Assembly: GCF_009914755.1 (NCBI RefSeq)
Contig: NC_060935.1
Strand: one strand, 5' to 3'
Origin: the human T2T-CHM13v2.0 reference genome, Homo sapiens
Length of the DNA: 64,000 nucleotides
The notes beneath the pieces are model-generated. The model saw only the letters and a list, made by a program, of their open reading frames with translations, did not search any database and was not told where the DNA came from. A program made the translations under genes and the position numbers. Every line of letters starts with the position of its first letter. The first letter of the stretch is position 1. Of this stretch, positions 10,421-22,099 are shown piece after piece.

Positions 10421-13400
10421 ACTGGAACTTCCGCTCCTGATATTTTGTTTAAGGATGGAGGCGTGGAGGGACCAGGAGACCCAGTGGAGTAACCCTGACC
10501 CGCACCTGCACGATGCCCGCGGAGTGCAAAGCACTTTCTCCTAGCGCGCAGAGCATATATCTGAAAGCTTCTCGCCCGTCCTCCGCCCAACACCCCCGCA
10601 GGACTGGCAGGGTCCTCCTTTTTTTCTCCTTGTGTACCCCCCAGGTTCCTTGCTCTAACTCCTTCACTTATCAGCCTGAGGATTGGGCCCAGGCTGCATT
10701 CTGAGGGAGATGCCGTCTTCCGCCTGTCCCCCGGACGAAAGGAGGTTGCTAGCCCCAGAATGTTCACAGTGACCCACCCCTAAGGTGGTCTTGCCGGCGG
10801 GTCTCGAAGCTGAGTTTCAAGACCACGGATCTGTTCTTAGAATGAATGCTGTTTGGGGCGGCTGGGAGGAGGGGGTGTGATGGAGATTGGAGAAGCTGAA
10901 CCCACCTTGGCCCCATCCCAACGGCCCCATCTTGGATCCGCCACTGGGCGAGGGTCTGGACACCTGGCTGGTCTCCACCTCTTGTCAGCCTGCTCTCTCT
11001 GGTCAGGATTGGACTCCCTCGGGGTTTCCTCAGCGACGCCGCGTGGTCTGGGGGCTCGGAGACCCTCCTCCTCCCCAACCCGCCGGCCCCCGGCCCTCCC
11101 GCCGCCGCGGCCTCCCACGTAGCGTTCTGAACCCGCTCAGCGCTAAGGCAAGAACCAGCGTGGGGAGCGGGCCAGGCGAGCAGAGGCTCTAAATCTTCCT
11201 TCACTCTGTGAGTAGATGAAGTCTGAGAAACAAATTCAAAGCAGGCGCGCCTGCAGAGCCTTCCTGCAGAAATATTCCCCGGCATTCAAGCGCATCCAGG
11301 GGCGGCTTGAGCTGCCTTGTTTGGCTAAGGTCAGACGAGACTCGAGTTCTCCAATAAAAATAAATCTCAAATTAATTATGGCCTCGAGCGAGAGGCCAGA
11401 CACTTGAAGCTGCATTTGTGCAGTCTGGAGTTTTGGCGCTTGCCCGCCCACCCCTCCGGTTTTCTCCCGCCCTCTCCTCCTCCCCCTTTGCCAGCTCGGA
11501 TACCCGCTGCGGCCTCGCTGGACCAGAGGGGCATGGGAGGGGAGGACGAAGGACGGAGGGAGAGGAGCGGCCCGAGACATTCTGCCAGGCCTGGCATCCT
11601 GCGGAGTTCCAAGTGACGGAGCCACCCCTGGGTCTGTTACCCCAGGGACCAGGCTCAGATCGTCAGGTCCGCCCACCCCAAACCCAGTCTGGGGCCGAAG
11701 AAGCCCGGGAAGCCCGTGTCTGGAAAGTCTTGACCGGGTCAAAAGGGCTGACATTGAGCGAGCCAAGACACGTTTCGACCCGCCGCTCCCCTCCCGGGGG
11801 AAGCAGGACTTCCGCATCTTTGAAAATACTGTCAAGTGCGAATGGTGCGAGGCAAGTCGTCTCACCAGCGTTCCAAATGAAAATGCTCCAAATCCAAATA
11901 TTTCCTGAGTATTCACGCCCATGTGCACGGTTTCTGTAAGTGACCCCAGACTTGGAAACATGTGGTGGGCTGTTTTGTTGTTGGGACATTTTTTTCTCCA
12001 GTTGGTAGCTTTTGTTTTAAATACTGGGAAGAGCTTCCTTGGCTGTGAGCTGCCTCTGACTTGAAAACCAGCCCCGAGCTGCTGGAAAGTGAGCTGTCGC
12101 CGATGGCACTCATACCAGCTCCTGTTCAGCAGCTCTGCCCAGTCTGGGAAAGGGCGAGGCCATTGGAGCCATGGTAAGCCAGGAAAGAGGGTGTGCACAA
12201 GTGTGTGGGCAGGGGCAGCCTTCCCCAAGCTGGGCCCAGAGACTAAGGAAAGAGGAAGGAGAGAAGAGAGGAGGGAGAGGAGAGGGAAGGGGAGGTCTGC
12301 CCCACTAACACAAGACAGTTTTCATTTGTAGGCCCTCACCGCAGGCTCTCTATCAATTTGTCTCAATGCAAACATTCAAAATATCCCCTTTGGCTGCTCG
12401 TGAAAACAATGTGAGCTGCCAGGATCAAACCATCTTTCCAGATGTCTGGTGGTAACCACATTAAACAGGGTAGACTTGTTTACTATTGTGCTTGGTTAGG
12501 GCGCTTCCCCCATCCCCTTTCAGGATTTAAAAAAGCAGCAGTAGCAGTGGAGTTGACCATCAAACCCTGAGTTACATAAAAGTGGGGCAAACTGACCTAC
12601 GGGCATGCCAACACTGGATGGAGGAAATCCGAGATTCCCGCAGGCATCTAGTCAGAGTTAGGTGGGGTCTTCTTTCTGGGTGGAGACCTCTGTGAATGGA
12701 CAGGAGCTTCTCCCAGGGGGCTGAAAATCGCCAACAACAGTGGCACCAGTGCCAGTCTGTGAGTCCCAAAGGGCCGGGGTGCCTGTGTCTATGCATCTAG
12801 TGGTGCCTGTGCCAGGCTCTCCACTACCCCCCGCCCATCTCCAAAACCATGAAATTGCCGTAGCTTTGGAGAAACAGAAAGTGCGATGGAGTTCCACAGT
12901 TAAAAACTAAAGGGCAAGTCTTCAATTTAATCTAGTTCCATATTGAATAATTCCAGTGGGGGAGGCAGCTGGTGCTGAAAGGAATTGGGGGACAGTATAG
13001 GAATGTTCGGGTGACTACTGATTAATGTAGTGAAGATGATCTGTCACTTGCCAGACCAACAGGAGTTGGAAAGAGAAACCTAGCCATGGTGTCTGCCACA
13101 GAGGGACCCTCTAAAGTGCTAGGAGGAGGGTGGGGGGCAGTCGCCACCTGTGGGATGCCATGAACAGCCTCTGCAACTGGCCAGCACCAGGAAGGGGGGC
13201 CTCCTGGTGGTGGAGTTGGAGTCCTTTCTGGCTGAATGAGGAGCAATGTGGCTGGGGTGTGCGGGTTTCTGGTGAGGTCCGGGTGGGAAGCCGTCTCTCC
13301 GCATTCTCCTGAAAGCTCTGTTGTAGTTTGAAGGTCGGTAGAGCCTGGGCTGAAAAGGAAACAATTTGGGGTTTGAAAGGATGTAATTCATTCTTCCTTT

Positions 13401-13699
13401 CCCGTTAACCTCTTTCCTCTCTGGAAAGCATGTGGAAACGCTGAAGGGAGGAGTGAGAGGGCAGGCAGCCTGCCGCGGGGAGGAAAGGGTTAAGCCTGAT
13501 TTCTTTTAATTGAACTCCAGAACTGGTGGCCCCAGGCAAAGGGGGGGACTGACCCCGCTAGCGGTAACCAGATGTGGCGGTCCCAGGGGAGCCCCGGAGC
13601 AGACCCCTGGATTGAGAAGCAGACAGGAGCGGGGGGAGTCAGCCCGGCCCCCATCCCACCATCCACCCCACCCCCACCCCCAACACGCACACCAAGTCT

Positions 13700-14028
13700 C
13701 AATTGCTGGCAGGCTGCACCCGCCACTCCAGGTCTGGTCACGTTCAGACCCGTGTCTGTATTCGAACCCAAAATTGGAGCCGAATTGATGAGACTAATTT
13801 CTAGAGAGGGAGGGGGAGGGAGGGAGACGAGTGAGCTCTCGGGCTCAATTGCTCCTGAAGAAATAAAGAATTAATAAGTCACCTTTTTTCGCCTCTGTGG
13901 ACACCCTTTTGAAATTTTTTCTTCCAATTGACTTGGATCTCCTCTGGATTTTTTTTCCCTCTTTCCCCCGTCGGACTCTTAAATAAAAGTGAGCAAGTCC
14001 AAAGCGTGGTCCGGAGAGCGTGGACAAG
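13700..14028 (+). other. FLI1: Putative alternative non-coding first exon of FLI1 (exon 1b-type; would give the N-terminally shorter isoform); start approximate
   Basis: Donor AAG|gtaacc at 14028/14029. In-frame TGA at 13990-13992 with no ATG between it and the donor. Position fits a recalled alternative FLI1 first exon about 1.5 kb upstream of the ATG. Confidence 0.55.
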
Positions 14029-15166
14029 GTAACCTGTTTTGGATGTCCGGGAGAAGGGAGTCCGGCCGAAAGGGCCCAGCCCCTCGAGGCTGCTCCAACT
14101 GGGGCGCGCGGCGGCCCAGGAGGGAGGCGGGGAGGTCTCCGGGTTGGGCCGGGGAACGCCGGCCTCCAGGCTGGGTAGGGAGGACGGTCCAGAGCGCGGG
14201 CCTCCGGGTCTCACCCCGGGAAAAGTCTGGGTCTGCTCTGCGCTGTTGCGTGCTGCGCTCCTGGGACCTGCTGACTGTCCTAGAGGGAACGTCCCGCGGT
14301 AGTGTCAGTTCCCTGGGGACCAGGAAGGGCGACTCTTGCCTGGGAGTCAGTGCTTGGGCCGTCGGGTCCGGGTAAGCGCTGGGGGTTTGGCTCGAGAAGA
14401 TGCGGATAGGTGGCCTAGGGCGCCGCGGATCTCCGCCCTCTGCGGGCACCGGGAGCCCAGGGTCGAGGCGCGCCGCCCCGAGGGGCCCCTTCTCCTAACA
14501 ATGCGCCCGGAATGGAGTCCGCGCCCTGACAGCGCGGGTCAGCCCGAAACCGCCCAGAATCCGCTTCGATGAGTGGGTGAGCCGCTCTGGGAGTCTGCCG
14601 CGTCTCGGCAGCGGAGGGCCTGAGTGGAAAAATTCTTATTGGATGCACTTTTTAATGGTTGGTTTGCCTCGGTTTTCGTCCGAGTCTTCCCCGGCAGTAG
14701 GCGCTGGGTTACCCGCAGCCCTAGCCAACTCTCCCTCCATACCCCCCCTACCCCACCCCCAAAAAGTTTGTCTCCGGCTGGAAAAAGCATTAATGAACGT
14801 ATCTGTGGGAAGAAACGGAAAGTGAATGAGTCAGGAGGGCCACCTTCGGCCAACCGCCTCAGGAAAAGCAAAGAAGCCAAAGGTCTTTGGCTTTGGATTT
14901 TGGGGGAAGGTGATGGGGGGAGGTTCAGACTTCGGGAATCAGGGCGCGGACGCTGGGCGTGGACCCCGTCATTGTTCCCGGCTAGCTCTTATCTCCCAGG
15001 AGCAAGTATCCTGTGTGCGCAGCGCATGAATGTGTCTGGGCATCTCCGCGTATATTTATATAGTGTGTGATGCGAAAAGCAGGACCAGCAGGGGAGGAAG
15101 AGGGGGTGTGGGGGGGAGGGAAGACGAGGGAGAGCAGAGGGGAGAGAAGAGAGAGGAGAGCTCGAG

Positions 15167-15168
<2 letters not shown>

Positions 15169-15202
<34 letters not shown>
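15169..15202 (+). repeat. (GA)17 promoter microsatellite
   Basis: Counted directly; the FLI1 promoter GA repeat is a known length polymorphism. Confidence 0.95.
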
Positions 15203-15205
<3 letters not shown>

Positions 15206-15272
15206 GACTTCCTCCCCGATTCGCAAAGTGAAGTCACTTCCCAAAATTAGCTGAAAAAAAAGTTTCATCCGG
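15200..15272. promoter_or_regulatory. GATA/ETS cluster of the FLI1 proximal promoter
   Basis: AGATAG 15200-15205, ACTTCCT 15207-15213, CACTTCCC 15235-15242, CATCCGG 15266-15272; about -270 to -200 from the ATG. Confidence 0.8.
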
Positions 15273-15426
15273 TTAACTGTCTCTTTCGCTCCGCTACAAC
15301 AACAAACGTGCACAGGGGAGTGAGGGCAGGGCGCTCGCAGGGGGCACGCAGGGAGGGCCCAGGGCGCCAGGGAGGCCGCGCCGGGCTAATCCGAAGGGGC
15401 TGCGAGGTCAGGCTGTAACCGGGTCA

Positions 15427-15485
15427 ATGTGTGGAATATTGGGGGGCTCGGCTGCAGACTTGGCCAAATGGACGGGACTATTAAG
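15427..15485 (+). other. Overlapping uORFs of FLI1 mRNA (AUG -41 running into exon 2; GUG -37 ending at UAA +15)
   Basis: ATG at 15427-15429 and GTG at 15431-15433, both out of frame with 15468. The GTG frame closes at TAA 15482-15484. Matches the known conserved Fli-1 uORF arrangement. Confidence 0.85.
15468..15485 (+). CDS. FLI1: FLI1 canonical first coding exon portion (MDGTIK), phase-0 splice into exon 2 outside the window
   Basis: ATG GAC GGG ACT ATT AAG followed by the consensus donor gtaagc at 15486. Matches the recalled FLI1 N-terminus MDGTIK|EALSVVSDDQ. Lies in a CpG island downstream of the GA repeat typical of the FLI1 promoter. Confidence 0.96.
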
Positions 15486-18400
15486 GTAAGCGGCGGGGCA
15501 ACGGACGCGGGCGGCGGGGACCGGCCGGGGAGGCGAAGCGGCGGGCGGGTAGGTGCGGGGCCCGCGTCCCGGAAGACGTGGCCTCTCTCCCTTCCCTCCG
15601 CGCCCCGGCTTCGCGCCGGCTCCTCCGGCGCTCGGGTGGCGAGTCCTACTCGCGGGCCAGCCGGCCAGGCGCCGCATTGAGGGCGACCTCCCCCGAAATC
15701 CCAGCCCCAAAGTGGAGCCCGGCCCCCTCCCACCTCGCTGCCCGCCGGGCTGCAGGAGGGGACGGCGGGAAACCGGGGGACCCCGGGTGCGGACCGGAGT
15801 CAAGGGCGAGAGACCTCGGGGTCCACCACTCCCACCGACACCCGGGGCTCCCTGGCCCCAGCGCTAGGCACTGGGCTTCCTCTCCGCAGAGGCGGAACAC
15901 GGCGGGGGCGGGGGCTGCAGTCGCCCGGGCTCGGGTCCCTGCCTGGTGGGCCCTGGGGTGGGTAAGTGGCCTCGTTGCACGAGGGTAGGGGTGCAAGTGA
16001 GTGTGTCGGGGGATCTATCTGAGCGGGCTCCTACAGATGGAAGCCCCTGTTTACATGTCAGCGCTTTCCCTTCCTCTCGGCACTCAGTCGCCCGGCTCTC
16101 GGCGCTGGAGAGCCGCCGGCTCCGCGGGACTCCTGGGCCGGCCTCGCCGCCTCTCCGGCGGGGAACCTTCCCCAGCCCCCGTCCGCACAGATCCCTAGCG
16201 CCCCGAGCCCCCGCCCTTCGCGCCTAGGCGTGCGCCGGCTCCAGGACCAGGGCTCCTGGAGCTGTCGCCTCCGAAAGGGTCCTGCGTCCTTCGGAGCCGC
16301 CCCCGTTGCAGGGGCCGGCTGTGAGCCCGCGCCCCGCGCCCGCCCGGCCATTCCCACCCCAGCCGCCGCCGCCAAGCCTGGGTCTAGGTTGCAAAGTGCA
16401 ACCCAGGCGGAAAGGTGAGGGTTTGGGTTCGCGTCTCACTTCAGAAAAGTTGACTGCTGTCTCTGAAAGGGTTCGCCAAGTAGGGCCAGGAGCAGAGAGG
16501 AGGGACACCCCCTAACGTGACGGGCCTTAGAGGACCTAGGGGAATGAATGGGACCAGGGGTTAGCTTCGAGGCTGCCGCGCAACACCAAGCGGGAGTCTG
16601 TCTGGAAAAACTATTAGGCTGGCGAGGTGGGGACTGGCAGAGCCCGCCATTCCCCAGAACCCGAAAGAATCGACTCCCTGCTCAGGGCTCAGCAAGAGAA
16701 GGCTAAGATGTTGGGCTCAGAGAATTCAAGAGATTTTTATCTTCTGGGTGGGGTCGTGGTTTTTATTTTCTAAGTTTTTTTTATGAAAGTTTGAAATATG
16801 CTGACTTAGGTAAAAGACACCAACCGAAGGAACTTGCAAATCTGGAGATGAGATAACTGACTGTGATGGGTTAAAGGGAGCTATAAGAGCCTATAAGAGC
16901 CTGGGTTCCTCAAACCCAAAGTGAGTAGGTGAGAAGTAGGTGAGAGGGGATTCCTGCAAAGACCCGAGAGTGGGGGTCATTGGGCCATTTTATGCCTGTT
17001 TCTCTGCTTCCTGTTGATGTGTTCATGCAAGTGTCTCTGTATTTCTGGGTTTAGTAATGAGATGCTCCCCTCTAGAAAACTCCCTCGCCCCAATCAGGAC
17101 AGTTACCACTTACTCTGAAGGCCTCTTCTGATCCAGAAGGGTGGTAAGATGGCCTCAGGGTCTTGATGTGGACACCCTAAGGAAAAGTGAAGAAATATCT
17201 CCACACTGCTTAAACTCTACGCACAGGCCCTGAGCAAAAGGAGGAAGCTGTGGTCTGTGTACCCAGGATGTGCTAACCTCTTTAGATACACACAGGGATT
17301 GGCATGGCAGGCCTCGAGAACAGGCTTAGAGCAGGAACCTGACACTTCAGGCCAAGGATGGGAGTGAAAGTCCTTCCTTTTTTTGTGGGTGGTAGGAGCC
17401 ATGAGCTCCTCCAAACCCTCCCTGTGAGCAACCTGTCATTCACCTAAGTTACCTGGCTAGGCTGAGTCCCCACAGAGCTACCTTCAGTCTCCAAGCATTC
17501 TGCAAGATTGAGCCTTTAGTGTGTGTGTTGGTGTTTAAGTTGTGTGAAAGCCACAGTTTTCTGTTCGCATGTGACCTCTGGATCTTGGGGTTTCCAGATC
17601 CTGTTCCCACAATAGTTCAAATACTGTGCTTGGAGAGGACAGTGGACCAGGAGAGAGGCCAGCATTCTTCTGCTCTCTTGGTGAGAATGAACCGTCCATT
17701 AAGCCTGTTTGAGATTCATAGTCATCACAAAAATGAAACAGTGGAACTAGGTTACCTCTACAGTAGTATCTAACCAATCTTCTCAGTGCCTAAAATGTGC
17801 TCATATGTGTTTACAAGAACACTTGCCTGTATGTGCACTAAATCCAGCCCTACACTGATCGAGGTTGACGACACTCTAGAGAGAATCTAATTTGTGTACA
17901 CAAATCCAGGGTGTCCATTTCCAGTTTGAACTGCCTGGAAAAATCAGGTTTGAGTGATTCTAGGATGTGATTTTATGCACCTGCATAGTTCTTCCTCAAA
18001 TATAAGTCATGTCTATATTTCAAAATACCTGTGGGTCTTGGCACTTAGGTGGTATTTGGTGCAGGAAGCCAGGGAAGTCTGGATTTCTTCACAGAAGCCC
18101 TTTATTTTGTGCATAATTTGCACAACTCTATGTGATTACAAAATCCCAATCTTGTTGCCCTCCTTATAAGTCCCTCCATATTATATTCTCTTCTCTTTTC
18201 CAAGAACGGCTCCTGGAAAGGCTCTGACCGTCACATTGGGAGAAGCAATATTTGCTGGAGCCACGCTACTCTTTTGTCACAGACAGGTTAACTTGCAGTA
18301 TTAAACAACACCCGACCCACGCCCCTGCTTCCCACACTGATATTATCAGTGTTAAAAAGCACATGATACTGTTTGCTGCTTTAAGAAATGACCTGGTTTC

Positions 18401-18605
18401 AAAAACTGCATCTTAATTTTAGGCTGGCTTCAGTTGAATCCAGTTAATTTTATCTATGAATGCCTGACTCAGTGCACGTGGTGTCATTACAGATGGGGAG
18501 ACAGAGAAGACAGACATGGTGAATGAAGGTGGGAAATAGAGAATGAACAGTGGATTTGGAGTCAGAAAGCCCGGGTTCATTCTCAGCTCTGCTACCTAGT
18601 AGCTG

Positions 18606-18878
18606 TGTGCCTTATAGCAAGGCACTTCTTGTATCTGTTTCCTTATCTAGAAAATGGGGCCAAAGCACCTCCTTGCCACAAGCCATAGGAAGAATTTTTA
18701 AAGTCTGCTACCTTAGCTGGATACACATTAAATTAACTTCATGTGCCTTATAGCAAGGCACCTCTTGAATCTGTTTCCTTATCTAGAAAATGGGGCCAAA
18801 GCACCTCCTTGCCACAAGTCACAGGAATAATGTTTTAAAGCCTGCCACCTTAGCTGGATACACATTAATTGAACTTTG
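18606..18878 (+). repeat. Tandem duplication, 2 x ~136 bp, partly MIR-derived
   Basis: Unit tgtgccttatagcaaggcac...gctggatacacatta..aactt starts at 18606 and again at 18742, with few mismatches. Confidence 0.92.
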
Positions 18879-18949
18879 CTTTTGGGAATGGGCATACCAG
18901 GACAGATTGGTCAGAAAATTAGAACACAGGTCCAAATTTACCATCATGC

Positions 18950-19210
18950 ATATTTCATTAATTCAACAAATGTTTATGATGCATCTATTATGTTGCAAGG
19001 CTCTGCACTGTGTATTGAGGATAAAACAGGGGTCAAAACCCTCCAGGAATGTAGACGCTAGTGGAGGGAGCTGACACATACAGAGAACAATCTCAGTTGA
19101 GTGGTGATATATCTTCTGAAGAACAATAACGCAGGTTAGGGAATGGAAAGTAATGACGCTATATAGCCAGGATGGTGAGGAGAAGCGTGTCTAACAAAGT
19201 CACAGTCGGG
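18950..19210. mobile_element. L2 fragment
   Basis: attcaacaaatgtttat...ctattatgttgcaaggctctg, the L2 3'-end pattern. Confidence 0.6.
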
Positions 19211-19893
19211 CAGAGGCACTCTCTCGTCATTAACTCAGAAGAGTACAGCACCAACCACACAGCCAGTCAACAATGGACAAGCACAGCCCGAAAGAAGGGC
19301 CAGGGTTATGGCTGGCTCTGCAAGGCTCTGGAGGGCAGGTTGTCACTGGCAGGGCAGGGAAACATCTGGACAAGGTTTGGAAGAAGCAGCAGAGTGAGGA
19401 ATACTTGGGAACAGAGGCTTGACTTCTGTCCTCAAGAAGGTGTTGCTGCCTCCCTCTACCACACACACCTTGTAATCTCCATGTCACCTGGATTCACAAG
19501 AACTCCAGACAAGATGGCCTCTGTCTATTGATCTGTCCCCGTGACCACACAGAATTGCTCCCCTCAGGTGGTTACCAAGTGGAATCCTGTTTTGTGTGTG
19601 AATAATTTCCACCAAAAGGCTTCCTTCCAGTTCCACTGCCATCCAAATTTAAGTTTATAGGTTGGCAACTTTAAAGCTTTAGAGAGTGTTTAGCTTGAAT
19701 TTCTCACTTTATGGGTGGGGAAACTGAGGTCTAGGTTGTTAAATGAATTGTCCAAGATCATACAGCTAACTACCAACAGAGTCATAGTGAAAGCTCAGGG
19801 CTCTGCACCCTTAGGCCAGTGTTCTTTCCACTATACCATGAAAATATCATTTGCTTTTGTTACATTTTTATGAATTATAGAATCGTGGAGGCA

Positions 19894-19908
19894 GTGTGTG
19901 TATGTGTT

Positions 19909-19968
<60 letters not shown>
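19894..19968 (+). repeat. (TG)n(GA)n compound microsatellite
   Basis: Visible in sequence. Confidence 0.95.
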
Positions 19969-19969
<1 letters not shown>

Positions 19970-21805
19970 AGTCTTTAAAAGAAAAATCATAAAGAATTTG
20001 GCACTTTACACTAAAGACACCTCTGGTATTTAATGAAAAATAAATAAAATTGTATCACTACCATCTTGAATTATTTTTATCCTTAAAGAAAAGAAGAAAT
20101 TCCAAATTTTTGGATAGAATTTTTATACAACTGTTTTCCAAAATAAATCCTTCTTTTCCAGCAGACAAAGTAAACAGTCTCCATTACAAGGAGACAACCA
20201 AAAATATAGTAGTTTACTGAAATACCCAGGCCCTTCTACAGATCATGGGCAGGTAGACAGATGGAATTCTTATTTCAGCTCCTTTAATAATGGAATATTG
20301 GACTATTTAAATAAAATCTATTAGAAGGCATCTTATGGATCCATCAGACTGTGTCATAAGTAGGTCTTGAATAACAATTGCATTAAAAAAGATTTGGGAT
20401 TTTCATGTCTCTTTCTGTTTGGGGTTAAACAGTTAACTTGGCATTTGTTTAAAAAACAGTTGATTTAAACCAAGCCTCTTTCTAGGTATATAGCATTAGT
20501 CTAATGCCAGTACTAAGTTACCCCCAGCCAAAAAAATAGAAAGAAAGAAAAGAGTTGGGAAAATTTTTATATTGATAGTTTTTTTGTTCTGTACTTAAAA
20601 CATTCCTTTTAAGTCTATATTTTGCTTGTTGTTTTGTAACGAATTAAGTAGGCTAAGGGACATTGTCTGTTACGTACACACAAACACACACCTACACACA
20701 CAATCTCATAAAACCTTCAACCAGCCACAATAGCTTTTTTCGTAATCTCAGAGTTATACAGGTGTCTTTTCCCCTGCAGAAGACTACACCCTGTTTCAAT
20801 TTCTGTTGCTTTAATGATTTCATATCTATAGCGTTCTTCCCATTATGTATTAATTGATCCATGGGATGATATCATTAAGTGATGTCATTCTTTGTGTATT
20901 ACAGTTCTGCCACTGACCTGATAGACCCACCATCAGTTGCCTGTGCACTGAGATGTTTCCCCAGAGGCTATGGATAGGGTTATATGTCCCCACACTATCT
21001 GCAGGGCCAATATAGTGCAAATCTGACAAAATTTAGGTAATCTATGGAATAAACCTTTCCTGTGCAAAGCTAGCTGGCCTTATGGGAATTGGTGGTACCT
21101 CAGTCTCAGGGGCATCATAAACTGACCAACCATATGAAGGTGATTGCATGTCTGTTAGGCAGGGACTAAACTATGTTCTGTGAAGATAGAACCCCAATGG
21201 CAAAAGGGCTCTGCCAGGAGATCTAGCGAGAAGATAAGCCACATATGTGTGCCCTGCAGAGCACAGCAAGTGTTACCATAGCCCTGAGAAAAGAAAGGAT
21301 GATTTGAACTGGAGAGACAGACAAAGACCTCATGATAATAGTTGTTTATGTAGTCCCTTTCATAAATCTCTTCACAGATCATACAGTCCCTCCACAGATC
21401 ACTGGCCCACACACTCTTGCATCCCATTCTCACAGTAGCCCTATGGGAGATAATACCATGATGTCTCTACTTCATATGGAAGAAGTTAAAGTTCAGAGGA
21501 GTGAGGTAACTTGCCCAAGAGTATAACTAACAGGGGACAGATCTGGGTTTCAAGCCCAGTGTTTCTCATTCCTGATTCCTGCTTTTACTACACACACTGG
21601 CCACACTGCCTCTTGGCACAGGTGGATCTAAGCCTGGCCTTGAAAGATAGGTAGGTCTTGCATAGGAAACTATGGTAAAGGGCTTTCTAGGAGAGTGGAG
21701 GGTACTTTGGGGAGGAAAGTGTACAGGTGATGGAGAGGATGGGAGTGGAAAGACTGAATTGAACTAGACTACAGAGGACCTTACATACTATAACAAAGAA
21801 TTTGG

Positions 21806-22099
21806 GGGTGAGTATGGTGGCTCATGCCTGTAATCCCAGTTCTTTGGGAGACGGAAATGGGTGGATCACTTGAGCCCAGGAATTCAAGACCAGACTGGGC
21901 AACATGGAGAAACCTAGTCTCTACAAAAACTACAAAAATTAGCCGGGCATGGTGGCACTCACCTGTAGTCCCAGCTGCTCAGGGAGCTGAGGTGGGAGGA
22001 TCACCTGAGCCAAGGGAGGTCAAGGCTACAATCAGCCATGAGCGCCACTGTATTCCACCCTAGATGACAAAGTGAATACCTGCCTCAAAATAATAATAA
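21806..22099 (+). mobile_element. Alu (AluJ-like)
   Basis: Full dimer with AluJ-type ttgagcccaggaattcaagaccag; diverged. Confidence 0.93.

Larger units (their letters stand above)
6550..11850. promoter_or_regulatory. Upstream CpG-rich domain (several weaker islands) around the distal exons
   Basis: CpG-dense patches at about 6550-6900, 7500-9900 and 10450-11850. Confidence 0.65.
15100..15485 (+). other. FLI1: FLI1 canonical exon 1 (5'UTR plus first 6 codons); 5' boundary approximate
   Basis: 3' boundary fixed by AAG|gtaagc. The TSS cannot be resolved from sequence. Confidence 0.8.
13950..16700. promoter_or_regulatory. Main CpG island / FLI1-SENCR promoter region
   Basis: Very high GC and CpG density relative to flanks; boundaries judged by eye. 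Confidence 0.9.
12880..17232 (-). ncRNA. SENCR: SENCR antisense lncRNA (spliced; ends approximate)
   Basis: SENCR is known to be antisense over the FLI1 5' end. Minus-strand signals seen: donor AGA|gtaagt at 17114/17113, acceptors at 14803 and 13350, donor GGG|gtgaga at 14215/14214, ATTAAA at 12931-12926. Sequence at 12961-13233 matches recalled SENCR amplicon ends. Confidence 0.75.

Noticed and set aside
11236-12228. Longest ORF (330 aa, - strand)
   Set aside because: No recognisable domain; stop-poor GC-rich sequence with overlapping ORFs in several frames, as expected by chance in CpG-rich DNA.
13490-16515. Many overlapping Pro/Arg/Gly-rich ORFs in the CpG island
   Set aside because: Compositional artefact; only MDGTIK has splice and homology support.
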